This document shows positions 1 through 7,717 of a DNA stretch of 64,000 nt, in pieces (position 1 is the first letter of the stretch; every line of letters begins with the position of its first letter). The notes under the pieces are model-generated. The model searched no databases. It was not told the origin of the DNA and saw nothing but the letters and a program-made list of their open reading frames with translations. This stretch comes from Verrucomicrobiales bacterium (GTDB taxonomy: Bacteria; Verrucomicrobiota; Verrucomicrobiia; Limisphaerales; UBA1100): NCBI GenBank assembly GCA_038139415.1, contig JAYOSV010000002.1:79926-143925 (forward strand), given 5' to 3'. The translations under genes were made by a program, and so were the position numbers.

Positions 1-652
1 TAACGGCCAGCGTGCAGTGGGGTGCGTGGGCAGAGATTGGCATGGCGGCCCGAGGTGCCGCAAGCCAGCGAATGGAGGCGATGGCGGCGGCATCTGGCTT
101 TGGGCGCATTCTGTTGTCGCAGGGCTTAGCGGCGTTGGCCACCGCTGTACGGCTCTTGCCGACGCGCTGCGCGGTGGCTTCTTGTGTAAGGTTGAATGCT
201 TCCATCAACAGCGCGTAACCCTGAGCTTCTTCTATCGGATTAAGATCCTCACGCTGCAGGTTTTCCACCAAGGCTAGTTCAAGGACTTGCGAATCGGACG
301 CTTCGCGAACGATGACCGGCACCGTTTCCAGTCCAGCAATCTGTGCGGCGCGCCAGCGGCGTTCGCCAGCGATGAGTTCGAGCTGGCCGCCCTCGGTTGT
401 GCGGACCACCATCGGTTGCAGGATGCCGTTCACCTTGATGGATTCGGCCAATTCCTCCAACGGTTGACGTTCGAAATCTTTACGCGGTTGGGAAAGGCAA
501 GGTTGTACCGAATCAATGGAGACTTGCCGCAAAGTTTCGGGGGAAACCGATTGAGTTTCCGATGGTGAATTCGCGGGTGCCTCCGCTGTTTCAGGCGGAT
601 TTTGCCCGCCCAACAACGCTCCGAGTCCGCGACCTAATCCGGTCTTTGCCAT
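1..652 (-). CDS. parB: ParB/Spo0J chromosome partitioning protein (runs off the window; ParB-like only down to about position 131)
   Basis: Not in the ORF track; translated by hand from the ATG at 652: MAKTGLGRGLGALL...QPRKDF...GILQPMVV...LIAGERRWRAA...ALVENLQREDLNPIEEA...VGKSRTAVANA. Contains the GLGRGL peptide, the GERRWRA CTPase box and the HTH. Confidence 0.93.
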   Translation of the reverse strand, partial: MAKTGLGRGLGALLGGQNPPETAEAPANSPSETQSVSPETLRQVSIDSVQPCLSQPRKDFERQPLEELAESIKVNGILQPMVVRTTEGGQLELIAGERRWRAAQIAGLETVPVIVREASDSQVLELALVENLQREDLNPIEEAQGYALLMEAFNLTQEATAQRVGKSRTAVANAAKPCDNRMRPKPDAAAIASIRWLAAPRAAMPISAHAPHCTLAV

Positions 653-716
653 GTGGGATTTGTGGGCAAGGGACATTGGGATGTCAAAAGCCGGATATTC
701 ACAGTATTCTGCCGGC

Positions 717-1169
717 GTGACGCACAAGAGCGGATGGATTTCAAAACGCGTGGCGCATTTGGTAGACCGGACGCATGATCCGCGTTACCTCGGCTATTTT
801 GAGTGCTTTAATGATGGGGAGTTTTACGAGGCGCATGATGTGTTGGAGGATTTGTGGCTGGAGACGCGCGGCCGAGATGATGCGGACTTTTACAAGGCCC
901 TTATTCAGCTGGCCGGTGGATTTGTGCACCTGACCATGCACGAAAACCCCAAATGGCCCGCCGCGGGCCCACGCTTACGGCCCGCGCATAAGCTCATGGG
1001 CATGGCGCGTGGGTATCTCGAAAAATATCCTGCCTCTTACCATGGCCTTGTCTTGCCGGAGGTTATACGGCTGATCGATCATTGGCGTAGGCAAATCGAA
1101 CAGGCCGATTTTCAAACAAACCCTCTGGATTCCGAGCCCCCTCCGCATCTAAAAACACCTTCTGATTGA
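717..1169 (+). CDS. DUF309 family protein
   Basis: FNDGEFYEAHDVLEDLW and YKALIQLA motifs. GTG 717 preferred as start because TATTCT (705-710) lies 6 nt upstream. Confidence 0.8.
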   Translation: MTHKSGWISKRVAHLVDRTHDPRYLGYFECFNDGEFYEAHDVLEDLWLETRGRDDADFYKALIQLAGGFVHLTMHENPKWPAAGPRLRPAHKLMGMARGYLEKYPASYHGLVLPEVIRLIDHWRRQIEQADFQTNPLDSEPPPHLKTPSD

Positions 1170-1181
1170 TCGAGGCCAATT

Positions 1182-1245
1182 GTGCTGATGGCACACCGCC
1201 GGCAGAATCTAGCACCCCCATCTGCCGGCGGGGCGTCGGCAGCAC
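1182..1245. repeat. GC-rich inverted repeat between the DUF309 gene and the bioB promoter
   Basis: CCGCCGGCAGA (1196-1206) and TCTGCCGGCGG (1221-1231) are perfect complements; outer GTGCTG/CAGCAC also pair. Confidence 0.7.
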
Positions 1246-1258
1246 GAACAACTCAAGC

Positions 1259-1287
1259 TTGCCCGCGAGGGCCTTCACTCATAGTCT
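1259..1287 (+). promoter_or_regulatory. sigma70-type promoter of bioB
   Basis: TTGCCC (1259-1264), 17 bp, TAGTCT (1282-1287); 8 nt upstream of ATG 1296. Confidence 0.6.
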
Positions 1288-1317
1288 CGTCAACCATGAG
1301 TGCAGCGGAGGTTGACG
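1288..1317. promoter_or_regulatory. Putative BirA operator
   Basis: CGTCAACC-N14-GGTTGACG perfect 8-bp palindrome at the bioB start; resembles the BirA consensus TGTAAACC-N14..16-GGTTTACA. Confidence 0.65.
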
Positions 1318-2408
1318 CGAATGTTTCGGAAATACCGGCTCGAATTGCGGAGCTGGGCCAGCGAGTGCTGGACGGCGGTCAGGTCACGCGCGACGAAGCG
1401 CTGGAGTTGTTTGCGCTGGAGGACAGCGCGGATATCCACACGTTGCTGTCGTGGGGCAATCGCATTCGTGAGCATTTTAAGGGAAACAAGATTCACCTGT
1501 GTTCCATCGTCAACGCCAAAGCCGGTGCGTGCTCGGAGAATTGTTCGTTCTGTTCGCAATCGGCCGCGTACCAAACCGGATCACCTCGGTACGGGTTTGT
1601 GGATCCCGAGCCGGTTGCTGAGGCGGGCGAGGAGGCCAATCGTAATGGCGTGACGGCCGTCGGCCTAGTGGCGGCCTGGCGCGGGTTGAAGGAAGGCCCG
1701 ATGCTCGATGAGGTGTGCGATCGGATTCGCGAAATGAAAGACCAGGGGCAGACTCGGCCGGATGCGTCGCTGGGTTTGATTGAATCTCAAGAGGTGGCCA
1801 ATCGCCTGAAGGAAGCCGGTCTTGAATGCTATGGGCATAACCTCGAAAGTTCGGAACGGTTTTTCCCAGAGCATTGCACGACACACACGTTTGAGGATCG
1901 CCTGCGCACGATAGGGTTTCTGAAAAAGGCGGGCATCAAGATTTGCAGCGGCGGCATTATCGGCATGGGCGAGACGCGCGCGGATCGTTGTGATCTCGCC
2001 ATGAGCTTGAGGGAGATCGATGCCAGTGTGGTGCCGGTGAATATTCTGAATCCCATCGAAGGCACGCCGCTGGCGGAACAGGAATCGCTGCCGCCATTGG
2101 AGATTCTCAAGACCGTTGCCTGTTTCCGATTCATTTTACCACGCAAGGAAATCATGATTGCCGGCGGGCGCACGGTGAATTTGCGCGACCTGCAATGCAT
2201 GGTGTTTCAGGCCGGCGCCAGCGCGTTGATGGTGGGTAACTATCTCACCACGCTAAATCAGCCGGTGGAAAAGGATCTGCAAATGCTGCGCGATCTCGGG
2301 CTCGATCCGGATTGGACGGAGTTTGATCCGAATGACGCCGGCGGGTGCGGTTCTGACGAGAAGGAATCCTGTGCCCCCACTGAAGCTTCCGAGACGGTAA
2401 CGGCCTAG
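1296..2408 (+). CDS. bioB: Biotin synthase (radical SAM)
   Basis: NAKAGACSENCSFCSQS (CxxxCxxC), GHNLES, CSGGIIGMGE, VPVN, AGGR and GNYLTT motifs. Confidence 0.93.
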   Translation: MSAAEVDANVSEIPARIAELGQRVLDGGQVTRDEALELFALEDSADIHTLLSWGNRIREHFKGNKIHLCSIVNAKAGACSENCSFCSQSAAYQTGSPRYGFVDPEPVAEAGEEANRNGVTAVGLVAAWRGLKEGPMLDEVCDRIREMKDQGQTRPDASLGLIESQEVANRLKEAGLECYGHNLESSERFFPEHCTTHTFEDRLRTIGFLKKAGIKICSGGIIGMGETRADRCDLAMSLREIDASVVPVNILNPIEGTPLAEQESLPPLEILKTVACFRFILPRKEIMIAGGRTVNLRDLQCMVFQAGASALMVGNYLTTLNQPVEKDLQMLRDLGLDPDWTEFDPNDAGGCGSDEKESCAPTEASETVTA

Positions 2409-2410
2409 CC

Positions 2411-3172
2411 GTGAATCCGCGTGGTCTGAATGATGGCTGTTATCGCGGCGAGACCATCGTTATTGAGGATGTCCTTGATGATTGCCTAATTGCAGCGCAA
2501 GCCCACGGGTGGACGATCAGCTGGCTGGAAACTGAAAATAATATTCGCCTTTTGGCGCTGCATCGCGCCCCGGCAAGTGCTCATCGCAAAATCTATCTTT
2601 CCAGTGGTATTCACGGTGATGAACCGGCGGCACCTTTGGCCATGTGCCGGCTCATCACCGAAAATGTTTGGCCTGAAGACACGGCTCTGTGGATCAGCCC
2701 TTGCCTGAACCCCACTGGCTTTCCTGCTAATACACGCGAGAACGCCGCGGGCGACGATCTCAACCGTGATTATAAACATCTAAATACACCCGAAATTCGT
2801 GCGCATACACAGTGGCTTCAGACATTACCTGATATGGATTTCACCATTCAACTTCACGAGGACTGGGAAGCGAAGGGATTTTATTTTTATGAACTCAAGA
2901 TGGGTGATAAACCTACCGAGCCACGGCGGGTGCTGGAGGCGGTGAAAACTGTTTGTCCGATTGACGAATCGCCAGAAATCGATGGGCGCAAGAATGATCG
3001 TGGGTTGATTGTTCCGGAACTGGACCCGCAGCTTCGAGAATTATGGCCTGAAGCCTTTTGGCTGGTGATGAATAAAACTCAGCTCAGTTATACTTGTGAG
3101 GCACCCTCGGATTTCCAGATGCAGGTGCGAACCGAGGCCCTGGTGCGGGCGGTTAGGAGTCTTTTAGTTTAG
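2411..3172 (+). CDS. M14 family Zn-carboxypeptidase / succinylglutamate desuccinylase-like protein
   Basis: GIHGDE, NPTG, RENAAGDDLNRDY and LHED zinc-site motifs. Confidence 0.85.
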   Translation: MNPRGLNDGCYRGETIVIEDVLDDCLIAAQAHGWTISWLETENNIRLLALHRAPASAHRKIYLSSGIHGDEPAAPLAMCRLITENVWPEDTALWISPCLNPTGFPANTRENAAGDDLNRDYKHLNTPEIRAHTQWLQTLPDMDFTIQLHEDWEAKGFYFYELKMGDKPTEPRRVLEAVKTVCPIDESPEIDGRKNDRGLIVPELDPQLRELWPEAFWLVMNKTQLSYTCEAPSDFQMQVRTEALVRAVRSLLV

Positions 3173-3180
3173 CAAATAAA

Positions 3181-3260
3181 GAGCAGGACGTGTTTCTGGG
3201 AATCGAACCCAACGAACATCGGACTCCCAGTTTTCAGGGAAAATACAGCTATCACACACA
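3181..3260 (-). repeat. tRNA-like direct repeat, copy A
   Basis: Aligns with 4091-4169, sharing TGGGAATCGAACCCAACGAACATC and AAATACAGCTATCACA. Minus strand has a TTGGG-TTCGATT-CCCAG T-arm. Confidence 0.8.
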
Positions 3261-3480
3261 TCTGCCAGAAAACCCTGAGAGACGCAATTCTCCCAATGTT
3301 CTCCCTATGTCTCAGTGATGTTGGGGTGTGGGATTCTTCGTTCCAATGAATCTCTGTGTTTCTCGGAGGAAACGGGGAGAACAATGGGATTGAGATCAAG
3401 ATTCTCTGAACTTCTCTGAATCAGGGTGGGGGGAGGGTAAATACCTTGATTTGTACAATGGATACTTGATAACTACGTGA

Positions 3481-3870
3481 ATTAGCTTCTTCAAAAAAAT
3501 CGGAGAGATCACATTTGCCGCTGGCTGTATATCTGCAGCCCTTACCTTAGTAGCCTTTCTCCTCATTCCGGAATCCCGAACAGATGTAGTAGGAGTTTTT
3601 GTAGCGGGAATTGCTACCACCCTCGCAGCGTTTTTTTTCTTTTGGTTTTTCAAAAAATTCCCAACCCCAGGTGTTCAATTCTTGTTTGCTTTTGGTTCAT
3701 TGGCAGCTTTCTTTGTCTTTGCCGTAATAAGTCACCATCTAGGATTGGAGGGAGTACGTGGGGTTTTTGTAATTGGTATGCTTGTCATAGTTTTACTTAT
3801 TATAACCTTGGCTGTTGTATGGATTATGAAGCTCTTAGGTAAGAGTAATAACAAATCATCAGGAGAATAA
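3481..3870 (+). CDS. AT-rich ~129 aa membrane protein with about 4 hydrophobic segments; no canonical start codon
   Basis: The 3682 ORF extends in frame without stops to ATT at 3481 (ISFFKKIGEITFAAGCISAALTLVAFLL...). TGA lies immediately upstream and GTG at 3477 is 1 nt out of frame. Confidence 0.55.
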   Translation: MSFFKKIGEITFAAGCISAALTLVAFLLIPESRTDVVGVFVAGIATTLAAFFFFWFFKKFPTPGVQFLFAFGSLAAFFVFAVISHHLGLEGVRGVFVIGMLVIVLLIITLAVVWIMKLLGKSNNKSSGE

Positions 3871-4090
3871 ACGTGTTCCCACTATGCCGCAGCGAATAGC
3901 GGCTATTTATTTCCACCCATTCATCTCAGGTAATTCATCAATCACGATGAGACCCAAGTCTCCCGGGAGATCTCACATATCTCGACACAGATTACACAGT
4001 TGTCTCCACGACTAATTCTCTGAGTCATCTCTGAGCCCAAACAGAGAAATCCGCCAAACCCACAGATCCCAATTGGGATAGTGCCGAAAT

Positions 4091-4169
4091 GAGTGGGATG
4101 TGTTTTGGGAATCGAACCCAACGAACATCAAATCCCCCATTTTCAGGCTAAATACAGCTATCACATATA
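4091..4169 (-). repeat. tRNA-like direct repeat, copy B
   Basis: Minus strand reads ATGTGATAGCT...CTGAAAA...TTGGG-TTCGATT-CCCAA-AACACAT-C-CCA. Confidence 0.8.
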
Positions 4170-4177
4170 CTTAACTT

Positions 4178-5140
4178 CTAATTCACCACATTCTGCGGTG
4201 TGCCATTGAAAAATGCGCGCAGGTTGTCCGCCGCAATATTCATCAACCTCTCTCTCGCTGCGCGCGTGGCCCAGCTAATGTGGGGGGTAATGATTATATT
4301 TTTTGCTCCAAAAAGCGGATTATCCGCAGGCGGTGGCTCCACTGAAAGCACATCAGTGGCCGCTCCAGCAATTTGTTTTTCATTAAGCGCCTTTGCCAAC
4401 GCCGCCTCATCTACCAGTGGGCCGCGTGCGGTATTAATCAGGAAAGCTGTGGGTTTCATCTGAGACAAAAGCTGCGCATTAACAAAGCCTTGGTTCTTAT
4501 CGGTGAGCGGGCAATGTAGGCTCACAGCGTCGGATTCACGAAACAACGTTTCGCAGTCAACAAATTCTGTGTTCGCTTCTTCCCGAGCAGTCCGCGTGTG
4601 TACAAGAACCTTCATGCCAAGAGCTCGGCCAAGTCGAGCCACCGCTTGTCCAATTGCACCGTAGCCCACTAGCCCTAGCGTGAGCCCGTGCAATTCCACG
4701 AGCGGTTTTTTCCAGTAACAAAAATCGGGGCAAGCACTCCAGTCGCCATCTCGAACACTGGCGTTGTGCAGGGCCGGTTGCGAGGCCAGCTCGAGCAACA
4801 ATGCAAAGGTCATCTGCGCCACAGACTCGGTGCCGTAGCCGGGGATATTGGTCACCGGAATATTGCGGGCGGCCGCTGCGCTGGTGTCCACGACATTATA
4901 ACCGGTGGCGAGCACACCGATATAGCGCAACTCGGGCAGTGCCTCGATGACCTTGGCGGGTACGAGTGATTTATTAGTGAACACTATTTCCGCGCCGGCC
5001 GCCCGTTCGGCCACCTGCGCGGCCGATGTGCGATCGTGCACGGTCAAGTCGCCTAGCGCGTCCAGGGCGTTCCACGTTAAATCGCCAGGATTCAAAGTGT
5101 GGCCGTCGAGCACGACAATGCGCGGGGAAGCGGTATCCAT
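4178..5140 (-). CDS. D-2-hydroxyacid dehydrogenase (glycerate dehydrogenase/HprA-like)
   Basis: GLVGYGAIG Rossmann motif, SLHCPLT, INTARG and TPHISW. Confidence 0.9.
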   Translation of the reverse strand: MDTASPRIVVLDGHTLNPGDLTWNALDALGDLTVHDRTSAAQVAERAAGAEIVFTNKSLVPAKVIEALPELRYIGVLATGYNVVDTSAAAARNIPVTNIPGYGTESVAQMTFALLLELASQPALHNASVRDGDWSACPDFCYWKKPLVELHGLTLGLVGYGAIGQAVARLGRALGMKVLVHTRTAREEANTEFVDCETLFRESDAVSLHCPLTDKNQGFVNAQLLSQMKPTAFLINTARGPLVDEAALAKALNEKQIAGAATDVLSVEPPPADNPLFGAKNIIITPHISWATRAARERLMNIAADNLRAFFNGTPQNVVN

Positions 5141-5168
5141 GGGGGGATTTGGCGGTTTGAAGTGCGGG

Positions 5169-5197
5169 TTGTCAATTCCTTGCCGTTAAGGTAGCTT
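5169..5197 (+). promoter_or_regulatory. sigma70-type promoter in a divergent region
   Basis: TTGTCA, 17 bp, TAGCTT; 9 nt before ATG 5207. The same bases read TTGACA on the minus strand, facing the dehydrogenase. Confidence 0.55.
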
Positions 5198-5206
5198 TCC
5201 GCACGC

Positions 5207-5782
5207 ATGACCACGGAAGTTTTGAATAGACCAGTAAAATACGCCGCCTTGGAGTGGCGCAATGCGCAGGGTGAGAAGTTCGAGGCCATTCAGGAAGGCA
5301 CCCTGTGTTATCTGAAAGACGAGACGGAACCGTACACCGGCAAGGCGGTGGAGTTATACGAGAATGGTAAGGTCTCGTTGGAGGGTGAATTTTTGAATGG
5401 CAAGGCGCACGGTGAGGAAACGTGGTGGTATGAGAACGAGCAACGGAACTCGCTAGTGACATTTTTGGAAGGCGTGCGGCACGGGCCGCATCTGGTGTGG
5501 TACGAGAGCGGGCAACTGCAGATCGATGTGTGCTACACCCACGGCAAGCGCGATGGTCGACACGCGGTGTATTACGAGAATGGCCAGGTCCGTTCTGAGG
5601 CCTACTTCAATGGCGAAAAGCTGGAAGGTAAATACACTACTTGGTACGAGGACGGTAGCAAACGCAGCGAACGCGTGTTCGCTGCTGGCACAGAAATCAA
5701 GCGGCGCGAGTGGACAGCCAAGGGTGACCAGAAAACGCTGAACAACTGGAAGGCCGACGGTACGCCAAAGGCCAGCGCATAA
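5207..5782 (+). CDS. MORN-variant repeat (YwqK-like) protein
   Basis: Repeated G..HG....WYENGQ units. Confidence 0.85.
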   Translation: MTTEVLNRPVKYAALEWRNAQGEKFEAIQEGTLCYLKDETEPYTGKAVELYENGKVSLEGEFLNGKAHGEETWWYENEQRNSLVTFLEGVRHGPHLVWYESGQLQIDVCYTHGKRDGRHAVYYENGQVRSEAYFNGEKLEGKYTTWYEDGSKRSERVFAAGTEIKRREWTAKGDQKTLNNWKADGTPKASA

Positions 5783-5823
5783 TCGGTTGGCATTGGGCTT
5801 TTGCCGCATGGTAGGTTTAGGGC

Positions 5824-7686
5824 GTGCGGACTGGATCACCAAACTGGAGGGGGGGATGGTTGCTGCTGTGCCTCTTGGGGATTCAATCCACTCTCCTCGC
5901 GGCGCCTCCTAATATTCCCAAACAATGGCCGGACGTAGCCGGTAAGGTGCATCCCGTAGCGGGGCAGCCGGTGGTGCTGGCTTGGACTGGCTTGGGTTGT
6001 CCGATGTCCAAACTCTATCGCCCGCGTCTCGCCCGGTTGGCTGATGAATTTGTGCCGAAAGGCGTTCGGTTTTTTCTGCTGAACTCCAATTCTCAAGATG
6101 CCCCGGCGGATCTTAAAAAATTGGCAGCGGACTTTGATTTTCCGGTGATCCGCGATGCCGGCGGACAACTGGCCCGGCGATTGCAGGTCGAGCGCACGAC
6201 TGAAGTGCTGCTTCTGGATGCCAATGGCCAAATCCGATATCGCGGGGCGGTGGATGACCAGTTTGGCTTCAAGGAAACGGAAGCGGGCGGTGTCGGCGCC
6301 TTCCGCCGGCCTGCCCCCACTCAAGCGTATTTGAAACAGGCGATCGTTGCGGTGCTGGCCGGCCGACCGGTGGCGCTGGCCAAGACGGAGCCCTATGGGT
6401 GCGCGTTGGGGTTGGACGAAGCACCTCGCGGGAATGCGGTGACATTTCATCAGCACATTGAGCCGTTGTTGCAGGTGCATTGTCAGGAATGCCACCACAC
6501 CGGTGGTGGCGGTCCGTTTGCTTTGGAATCCTATAAGCAGGCGAAGGGCTGGGCCAAGATGATGGCGGAAGTGGCCGCCGAAAAACGGATGCCGCCCTGG
6601 AACGCGGATCCCAAGGTTGGTCATTTTAAAAATGCCCGCGGCTTGGCACCGGATGAAATTGAGTTACTGGCCGACTGGTTCCGGGCCGGGGCACCCAAGG
6701 GCGATCCGGCTGAGGCACCACCGCGTTTGGTTTGGAGCGGCGATTTGGGCAATGGCAAGCCGAGTCACGAGCTGGTGTTGCCGGCATTTGATGTGCCAGC
6801 CGAAGGGCGGGTGCCATACCGGTATGTGAGTGTGCCCACGCAGTTTAAGGAGGATAAATGGATTCGCGCCGCAGAGTTTACCAGCAACACCCCCGAGGTG
6901 GTGCATCATGTGCTCACCTTCCTCCACGAACACAATGGCCGTGTGCGACGAGCTAATCGGCCTTGGTCGCCGCCATTTGATATGTTGGCACCGTTGCAGG
7001 GCGCGCGGCCTCGGGAGTTTCCATATTGGATCGCTCGCAATCGGCGTTATCTCAAGCAGTATCAGGTGGGGCAGGGCGGCGGGTTGCATGGGTATTTCCT
7101 TTCCGGCATCGTCGGCGACCGGCCGTTGGTGTATCCGGCCGGGCGCGCCAAATTATTGCCGGCCGGCACCTCGATCGTATTTCAAGTGCATTACAATCCC
7201 AATGGTAAGGCGCACCAGAGCACCAGTCGGTTGCTGTTATGGTTTGCTGATGAGCCGCCCGAGGAAGCGGTGGATATGCATGCGGCGTCTACGGTCGTGT
7301 TTCGTATTCCACCCGGAGCCCCGAACCATGAGGTGGCCGCGGTGCATCGTTTTCAACGCGACGGTCTTCTGCTGGGCTTGCAGCCTCATATGCATTATCG
7401 GGGGAAGTCCTTCCGGTACGTGGCCGAGTATCCCGATGGCCGTAAAGAAACCCTCCTGCACGTGCCGGATTTTGATTTCAACTGGCAACACAAATACGAA
7501 TTCGCCGAACCTCGCTGGCTGCCGCGCGGCACCGTGCTGCGCGCGATCGGCACCTTCGATAACAGCCCGGGTAACCCGGATAATCCAGACCCAAAACGGT
7601 CGGTTTATTTCGGCCTGCAATCCGAGGAGGAAATGTTTATCGGCTATTTTGAGGTGATCTGGAATGCCCCTCAGCCGAAGGATTGA
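5824..7686 (+). CDS. Exported fusion: redoxin domain, c-type heme domain and copper type II monooxygenase-like domain
   Basis: Signal peptide; GCPMS and YRGAVDDQ (redoxin); CQECH (heme); VVHH, QVHY, PHMH..GKSF, DFNWQ and EEM copper-monooxygenase-type motifs. Confidence 0.75.
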   Translation: MRTGSPNWRGGWLLLCLLGIQSTLLAAPPNIPKQWPDVAGKVHPVAGQPVVLAWTGLGCPMSKLYRPRLARLADEFVPKGVRFFLLNSNSQDAPADLKKLAADFDFPVIRDAGGQLARRLQVERTTEVLLLDANGQIRYRGAVDDQFGFKETEAGGVGAFRRPAPTQAYLKQAIVAVLAGRPVALAKTEPYGCALGLDEAPRGNAVTFHQHIEPLLQVHCQECHHTGGGGPFALESYKQAKGWAKMMAEVAAEKRMPPWNADPKVGHFKNARGLAPDEIELLADWFRAGAPKGDPAEAPPRLVWSGDLGNGKPSHELVLPAFDVPAEGRVPYRYVSVPTQFKEDKWIRAAEFTSNTPEVVHHVLTFLHEHNGRVRRANRPWSPPFDMLAPLQGARPREFPYWIARNRRYLKQYQVGQGGGLHGYFLSGIVGDRPLVYPAGRAKLLPAGTSIVFQVHYNPNGKAHQSTSRLLLWFADEPPEEAVDMHAASTVVFRIPPGAPNHEVAAVHRFQRDGLLLGLQPHMHYRGKSFRYVAEYPDGRKETLLHVPDFDFNWQHKYEFAEPRWLPRGTVLRAIGTFDNSPGNPDNPDPKRSVYFGLQSEEEMFIGYFEVIWNAPQPKD

Positions 7687-7711
7687 CGCGTTTGAAAAAC
7701 CCGTTCACCCT
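7683..7711 (+). promoter_or_regulatory. Leaderless-type promoter of the Sel1 gene
   Basis: TTGACG, 17 bp, CACCCT; 6 nt before ATG 7718. Confidence 0.55.
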
Positions 7712-7717
7712 TGGTCC

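Noticed and set aside
3396..3653. 85 aa basic minus-strand ORF in the cassette
   Set aside because: Antisense to the more protein-like membrane frame; its Lys-richness mirrors the Phe codons on the other strand.
3181..4169. CRISPR array or integron attC interpretation of the repeats
   Set aside because: Only two ~80 bp copies about 830 bp apart; no cas or intI gene, and no RYYYAAC/GTTRRRY boundaries recognised.
5207..5782. Toxin-antitoxin module based on the YwqK-like protein
   Set aside because: No adjacent toxin gene; MORN-variant repeats are common in non-TA proteins.
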